This document shows, piece by piece, positions 57,997-64,000 of a stretch of DNA of 64,000 nt. Source of the DNA: an uncultured delta proteobacterium (GTDB lineage: Bacteria > Desulfobacterota > WTBG01). The notes beneath the pieces are model-generated. The model did no database searches. It worked only from the letters and a program-made list of their open reading frames with translations, and was not told the origin of the DNA. The stretch lies in the NCBI GenBank assembly GCA_963793865.1, contig CAWCBP010000004.1, positions 288,001-352,000 on the forward strand. Reading direction: 5' to 3'. The position numbers and the translations under genes were made by a program. Each line of letters starts with the position of its first letter. The first letter of the stretch is position 1.

Positions 57997-58761
57997 CTAG
58001 ACTCTCCTCAGCGCCAGCCTTCTCAATGTCCAGGTGATTCCCTTGCGGGTGTCGCCGGACTCCTGTATTTGCCGAATCTCTTCTGCTATCTTCCTGCGCT
58101 CCTTTTCTGACACCCGCTCCCTTATGTATGCGTCCCGCTTCCAGACGCTGACGGTATTGGGATAATACCACGCGGCGCATATGCAGTTGGGAACCGGAAT
58201 GCGCACCGGCTGATTATAAACAACCTCCGCTTCATAGCGAGCGTCCTTCAGCAGCCGGCCGGCATATAAACATCCTCCCTGGGCGGCAATCATACCCTTG
58301 GTCACCTGCACGTATTTTTTAAACACCGCTATTCCGGTTTCTATGCCGTCAGTCTCTTCCATGAGCAGTATTCCAGTACGGTTTAGCTGCCGCACCCATT
58401 GATTTACCAGCGCCGCTTGATTTTTGAGGTGGGTGAGCAAAAACCGGGCGTAGATGAGATCCGCCCGCACCGGAAAGGGCGTCCGGGAAACATCATGCTT
58501 GAGAAACCGGCATTGTTTAAACCTGGACGCTGCCGCTTTGAGAAACCGGGATGAGCTGTCCAGACCGCAGACATTGGGACAGGCGGCAGCCTCTGCGACC
58601 ATTGCCGTGGTGAAGCCGGGGCCGCAGCCCAGGTCCAAAGCTGATGTGACCGGGGCGGTTACGTGCTGTTGAATGAACTGCCGCGAAAAGGGATTGAAAA
58701 AGGAAGCCAATGTCTCCAGACGCAACGCGGCGGTTCGATCGGTGCCCAGCGTATATCTCAT
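57997..58761 (-). CDS. Class I SAM-dependent methyltransferase
   Basis: ALDLGCGPGFTT, GLDSS, DLIYARFLLTHL. Confidence 0.9.
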   Translation of the reverse strand: MRYTLGTDRTAALRLETLASFFNPFSRQFIQQHVTAPVTSALDLGCGPGFTTAMVAEAAACPNVCGLDSSSRFLKAAASRFKQCRFLKHDVSRTPFPVRADLIYARFLLTHLKNQAALVNQWVRQLNRTGILLMEETDGIETGIAVFKKYVQVTKGMIAAQGGCLYAGRLLKDARYEAEVVYNQPVRIPVPNCICAAWYYPNTVSVWKRDAYIRERVSEKERRKIAEEIRQIQESGDTRKGITWTLRRLALRRV

Positions 58762-58804
58762 GGGGGTGTATTCTCAGCAGGTATAGAAGCGCTTTGCAGG
58801 ATAT

Positions 58805-59386
58805 TTAATTTCTCTCGGCAGGCTTTCTTCCTAAAAGGCCGGAGCGCTGAATAAGCGTGCTCATGGTCACCAGGCTTTCGACATCTTCCACGTGCCGCCT
58901 GATTTCCTCCCTTCCTCCTTCCTCCCGGTCCACCAGGGTAATCACCTTTACCACCAGCAGGCCCTCGCTGCGCGCGCTCTCGATGGCGCGGATGGTTGAC
59001 GCCCCGGTGGTAATGACATCATCCACAACCACTGCCCGCTCGCCCTTTCTTATATTGCCCTCTATCTTTCTGACGATCCCGTGGTCCTTTGCCTGCTCAC
59101 GTACGTAAAAGGGCTTTATATATTTTCCCTTGTGATAGGCGGTCATGGAAACGGCATCCACGATGGGAATGGCGCCCAGCGCCGGCCCCCCTATGACATC
59201 AATGCCTATATCTTTTATTTTGTCATAGATGAGACTGCCGATGAGATGCATCCCCTCGGGGTCGATGGTGACCAGCCGGCAGTTGACGTAATAGTTGCTG
59301 AGCTTTCCTGACGCGAGCTTGAAGCTCGGCGTATCGCTCATCTGAAAGGATCGCTCGGCAATCATCCGAATGAGTCTTTCCAGCAT
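58805..59386 (-). CDS. pyrE: Orotate phosphoribosyltransferase
   Basis: FKLASGKLSNYYVNCR, KDHG, VVVDDVITTGAS PRPP motif, LVDREEGG. Confidence 0.95.
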   Translation of the reverse strand: MLERLIRMIAERSFQMSDTPSFKLASGKLSNYYVNCRLVTIDPEGMHLIGSLIYDKIKDIGIDVIGGPALGAIPIVDAVSMTAYHKGKYIKPFYVREQAKDHGIVRKIEGNIRKGERAVVVDDVITTGASTIRAIESARSEGLLVVKVITLVDREEGGREEIRRHVEDVESLVTMSTLIQRSGLLGRKPAERN

Positions 59387-59387
59387 A

Positions 59388-60603
59388 TCATCTCCTTGTT
59401 TCCACGGAGGGCAGAACGGGCAGCAGGGTCACCAAGGCGCGGTAGATAAAGACGATGGTGAGAACGAGCCCGAGGGTCAGGGCGAATTCCCCGATGGCAG
59501 GAACATAAGCCTTGATGGCGTAGAACGGTTCATAGGCGATAAAGAAGACGGTTGACCGGTTGAGGAGAATCCCCGGCGACATACATGGCGGCGGCGATAA
59601 AGAGTGAGCGGGGCGAGCGGCGGACATCCGAGGACATGAACATGAAAAAGGGAACCACCGTCAGCAAACCGAATTCAATCCAGAACATCATAACCGCAGG
59701 ATGGGCCTCCATAAGATACAGGTAGCTTCCCCTCCAGAGCATGTCACCCAGCTTGACGGCAATATAAAGACCCAGCAGCCAGGGGATAATTTTCGCGAGC
59801 GGGGTGAGCACGTGCATCTCCGGTTTTCGGCCGAAGGCCCTGCCGGCAATCATCGATTCAAAGATGATCATGGCACAGCCCGACCGCGATGGCGGAGGTC
59901 AGGAAGAAGAGCGGCCACAGCTGCGACCGGTAGAGCGGATGCATCTTGTAAGGCGCAATGACCATGAGGGTGCCGAGCGAGGACTGGTGCAGGCAGGAGA
60001 GCACGATCGCCGGCAATGATGAAGATGAACATGATCTTGCCCAGGATATAATCCGCGAACCTGAGCGCCATGTCCACGCTGTCGTTGAAGCGGCCCAGCA
60101 TGCCGGGCAGGTTGACCCGGCCGATGAACCGCTCGCAGACGATGGGGACGAACTCGATGTACAGCACCGTCAGGTAGATCATCACGCACATGCCGACTTC
60201 AAAGAGCACGGAGTTGCCCTGCCACATGAAGGGCACCGTCGGATGCCAGACGTTGTACCAGCGCCCCAGGTCGAACAGGAGCCCGATGCCCACAAAGGTG
60301 TAGCCCAGCAGTCGCGGTCAGCAGGGCCGGGCGGATGACCGCGTGGAAGTGCTCGCGATTGAAAATGTAGACCAGTGCGCTCGAGGTAAACCCGCCGGCG
60401 GCCAGCGCGACGCCGGTGGCCACATCAACGCCGATCCAGAGCCCCAGCGGATACTGGTCGTTCAGATTGGTGACCGCCTCAAGGCCGAAGAACATGCGGT
60501 AGAGGCCGAACCCGAGCCCGCTGAGCATGATGGCGGTCAGGGCCTTCATGCCGGGGGTGAAAAACGTTTTCTGCACCGGCGCCGCTTGTTCGTGGACGCT
60601 CAT
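59388..60603 (-). CDS. hmcC: HmcC/HybB-like NrfD-family membrane subunit, several frameshifts
   Basis: TNLNDQYPLGLWIGVDVATGVALAAGGF; DLGRWYN..SVLFEV..C..YLTVL.IEF; YVPAIGEF; spread over four or more frames. Confidence 0.85.
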
Positions 60604-61535
60604 GATCTGCCTTCGCTCCCGCTCACATCCGGGTTGGAATGCTTACTTGCTTTTCTGTTCCGCAGCCACCACATGATGCCGCCCAGGGTTGCGTACAATC
60701 CGATGGGCGGGAGAAACCATTTGAAAATCGCGTGCTGAATCGGCTCGGTGTAGCCCGGCGCGGGATGGTATCCAAGGCGTGGGGAAATCAATTTCCTCGA
60801 AAGGAACACCCGACAGATACAGCCAGGCGGTTCCTCCCACCTCCTGCTCCCCATAGACATGCGGAACATAGCGGCCGGGGTATTTCCGGATCAGCTCCCT
60901 TGCCACGCACGATAAGGTCGTTCCGCTTGCCGAAGGTCATCACCTCCATGGGGCAGGATTGCACGCAGGCGGGCACTTTACCCCTGGCGAGCCGCTGCTG
61001 AAAACAGAAGGTGCATTTTCTCACCTGGGGCGTAAGCACGTTGCCGATATTCATAGGCAGGCACCTGGAACGGGCAGGCGGCCATGCAGTAGCGGCAGCC
61101 GATGCACTTCCATGCGTCATAGATCACCGCCCCGCTGGGGTCCCTGGTAAACGCGCCGACGATGCAGGCGGAAACGCAGGCGGGGTAAAGGCAGTGCATG
61201 CACTGGAATTTTGTAAAATAGGGCTTGCTGTCCCGGCGTGCTTTCGTAGCGGTTGACCACGGTGTAGGCGCCATAGTCCATCCGCCGCTTCTGCTTCGAA
61301 TGCCGACTCATCCTTAAACCACTCCGCCGGCCTGCGGGGAAGGTCCGTCGTTGATCTCATTGCAGGCCTTTTCACAGTTCCGGCATCCCACGCAGCGCGT
61401 GGTGTCAACCAGCACGCCGCACTGATCGGGATTGACCTGCAGGCGGGACGCCTCGGCCTCTCTCCTGCCGCCCAGCAGAAACAAGCCTGAAATACCCGCC
61501 GCCTTCTGTAAAAATGTCCGTCTGGAACTTCTCAT
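60600..61535 (-). CDS. hmcB: HmcB/HybA-like periplasmic multi-[4Fe-4S] protein, several frameshifts
   Basis: Tat-like [65 protein letters not shown]-terminal TM. Confidence 0.85.
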
Positions 61536-63324
61536 GAATGCTTTGTGTGCCTTCTATTCTTTGACCGCCTGCGCCTGTTCTTCCTTCTTCTCCTCGTGAC
61601 AGCCGGTGCAGGTCTGAGGCATGTCTTCTTCCTTGCCGCCCATCTGCTTGTGGCAGCCCAGGCATTGCTGGTGATAGGCGCCGAGCAGGGTCGGTATGGC
61701 TGACTCGGGTTCCTTCCGGACGGTGTGGCAGGTCGCGCAGGACGGAACTTGTGCCTGCTTCTCCAGGGGCCCAGATGGTGGCAGCCGGCGCAGACGGTGT
61801 GTCTCCTCAACGTGAAAATGCTGTGCCAGCTTGCTTTCGTTGCGAAATCTCGGTGAGCTTCTGCAGCGATCTGCAGGTGTTTCACCTTTGAAGGCTGGTA
61901 TTCATTTTCCAGGACCTTGATCTCCAGCTCATCCTCAAGGTCTTCGGGGAATAAGCTCCTTCGGGTCGGGAAGTTTCCTGGCTGCTCGAGGCTCGCGAGC
62001 TCGCCGGTGTGGCAGGTGCCGCAGGAGGATTCAACCAGTCCTCCCTGAGGCGGTGGTGGCAGCCGGCGCAGTCCGCTTTCTTCTTCTCCGTCTCGTGGCA
62101 GCCGATGCAGCTCCAGGGCGATGAAGCCTCGTGGTGGGCCTCTGCCAGGGTGATGCCCTCACCCTCGTCGCATCCCTCCACCGTATGGCATTCGGCACAG
62201 GGCCGCAGGGTTTGATGGTGGCAGTCCTGGCAGGAACGGCTTTTTTCCTGGTGTCGCCTTGTGGTTGAAGGGCACCCCCTTGGCCCGGGCCCCTTCTTCT
62301 ATCAGGATGAGGATCTTCTCTTCCTGTTCGCAGTCCTGGCGGGGAACGTCGGCCATTTCTTCGATGGTGCGCGCTGTACCCGTGTGGCATTCGTTGCAGT
62401 CAAGCGGCCCGCCCTTCTCCTGTTTCGCCTTCGCGCTCAAGATGGCAGTTCAAGCAGCGGAAGTGTGCGCTTTCCTCTTCGGTCAGGCTGTTCTTCTCAT
62501 CGATCTCCCTGAGCCAGTCCTTGCAGGCCGGCTCTTTTCCCTCGGCCGCAAGCTGCGCCTTCCGCTGCGGGGAGAGATAATGGCAGAGTTCGCACTTCTC
62601 TTCGAGCGCCTTGTCGTGCTTGTCGTGAATCGAGGTAGTCAAAGAGCGACCTGTCGGCCAGGCGTCTTCACGACGTGCGCTTCCTTCACGTAGAAGGCCT
62701 TCCAGTCGAGGCCCCCGGCGTCCTCGGCCGCTTTGGCGGGTTCCGGTGGCAGGCGAGGCAGTCCTTGTGATAGGTGTCTCGCAGTACCTCGTAGTACTCG
62801 GGCATGACCGGCGAGATATTCCCGCTTCAGATACTCCTCGCTGATCGACGATGGCATTCGCCGCAGGTGACCGGTCCCGCCTTCTCCCCCGCGTCGGCTT
62901 GCTCCTGGTGGCAGCCGATGCAGGCGTCGTGATACGAATTCATCAGCGCGTCTTTATCGCGTCTCGTTCCGTTCCTTGGGAAAGGTAAAGAGGAGCTTTT
63001 CATCTTCGTCCTGGGGTGGCAAGGGTGCAGCCATCCTTTTCCAGCGCTGCGCGCGTGCTTGTCGTGGTTGAACTTTACCGGCGCCCTCTCCAGCTCCTTA
63101 AATATTTCCGGCAGCTCGATAAAGCGCGGCCGCTCCGGCAATTCCTTTTTCTCCACTGCAGGAGGCTGCACGTCGGGCGCGAGCGTCTCTTCGGTGATGC
63201 CGCTTTCCTGAACCACCGCATCCACCGCCTCTTCTTCCGAGGAAACAACCGCCTTCTTCCCGACCATCCCCAGGCAGAGGCAAAGAAACATCATGACCAC
63301 CAATGCCGACCATTTCTTATTCAT
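61532..63324 (-). CDS. hmcA: High-molecular-weight multiheme cytochrome c (~16 CxxCH), several frameshifts
   Basis: Signal peptide; ERAPVKFNHDKH; across frames CIGCH, CGECH, CLACH, CELCH, CLNCH, CNECH, CQDCH, CAECH, CIGCH, CAGCH, CGTCH, CAGCH, CATCH, CLGCH, CTGCH, plus one frameshift-broken motif. Confidence 0.8.
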
Positions 63325-63356
63325 TCACGTGCCTTGACCTGTAAACCGGTGCGCTC

Positions 63357-64000
63357 TTACAAAACGGGGCGGGGCAGCAGCCCGGCCTTCTGGACAATCT
63401 CCGGGACGCGGTGCTCCCACTCGATGGCCATAAGGTGGATGCCCGCCACCCCTTTCATGGTTTTGAATTCCTCGATCTGCTCGCAGCAGATGGCGATGCC
63501 CTCGGCCGCCTGGGCCTTTTTCTCAACGCCTTCAATCCGCTTGATGACCCAGTCGGGGACATCCATGCCGGGAACATTTTTCTGCATGTAGCGCGCCATG
63601 CCCAGCGACTTCATGGGCGTGACGCCGGCCAGGATGTACACCTTCTCGGTGAGGCCCATGTCGCGCGCCTGGCTGATCCAGGTCCTGAACCGCTCCATGT
63701 TATAGATGCACTGGGTCTGTATGAAGTCGACTCCCGCCGCTATCTTTTTGGCCAGCCGGTGGACCCTGAACTCGTAGGGCTCGGCAAAAGGGTTCGCGGC
63801 GGCACCGATAAACATTTCGGGGGCTTTGGTAAGCGCCTCGCCGTTTAAAAATGTCCTCTCGTCGCGCATCTTCTTGACCATGCCGATGAGCTGGACGGAA
63901 TCAATGTCAAACACCTTTTTGCTTTTGGGGTGGTCGCCGAAGATCTGGTGGTCGCCGGAGAGGCAGAGCATGTTCCTGATGCCCAGGGCAAATGCCCCCA
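63357..64000 (-). CDS. metF: Methylenetetrahydrofolate reductase, 5' part outside the window
   Basis: GIRNMLCLSGDH..VFDIDS..IGAAANP..RLAKKIAAGVDFIQTQ..GIHLMA. Confidence 0.92.
   Translation of the reverse strand, partial: GAFALGIRNMLCLSGDHQIFGDHPKSKKVFDIDSVQLIGMVKKMRDERTFLNGEALTKAPEMFIGAAANPFAEPYEFRVHRLAKKIAAGVDFIQTQCIYNMERFRTWISQARDMGLTEKVYILAGVTPMKSLGMARYMQKNVPGMDVPDWVIKRIEGVEKKAQAAEGIAICCEQIEEFKTMKGVAGIHLMAIEWEHRVPEIVQKAGLLPRPVL

Overview
A 64 kb chromosomal window from an anaerobic bacterium. Gene content suggests Desulfobacterota/'Deltaproteobacteria' (HmcA-type cytochrome, DVU0524-like gene, carD-yacL-ispD-ispF-cysS-uvrB synteny). The centrepiece is a ~20 kb minus-strand Complex I (nuoA-N) operon with an unusual build. 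Between nuoD and nuoE sits a six-gene signalling cassette (DRTGG, RsbT-like kinase, group D/sensory [FeFe]-hydrogenase-like Fe-S protein, DRTGG, PHP phosphoesterase, HATPase protein) of the kind normally found ahead of electron-bifurcating Hyd/Hnd [FeFe]-hydrogenases. The NADH-input module is HydC/HydD/HydB-like, but it is paired with a cofactor-less NuoG instead of a catalytic HydA. The electron-bifurcating transhydrogenase nfnAB is transcribed divergently from this operon. The right end has metF followed by a three-gene hmcABC unit (~16-heme cytochrome) and pyrE. The window also holds tRNA-Leu(CAA), tRNA-Pro(TGG), rnr, PAS histidine kinases, an exported ferrochelatase-fold protein, a dockerin-like secreted protein and many intergenic repeats. 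These include GTAG-type REPs, MITE-like elements, and 7-bp-periodic inverted arms around a corrupted four-helix-bundle gene. Many genes, including essential ones, carry frameshifts, which most likely reflect long-read assembly errors. All calls come from reading motifs by eye; no database search was run.
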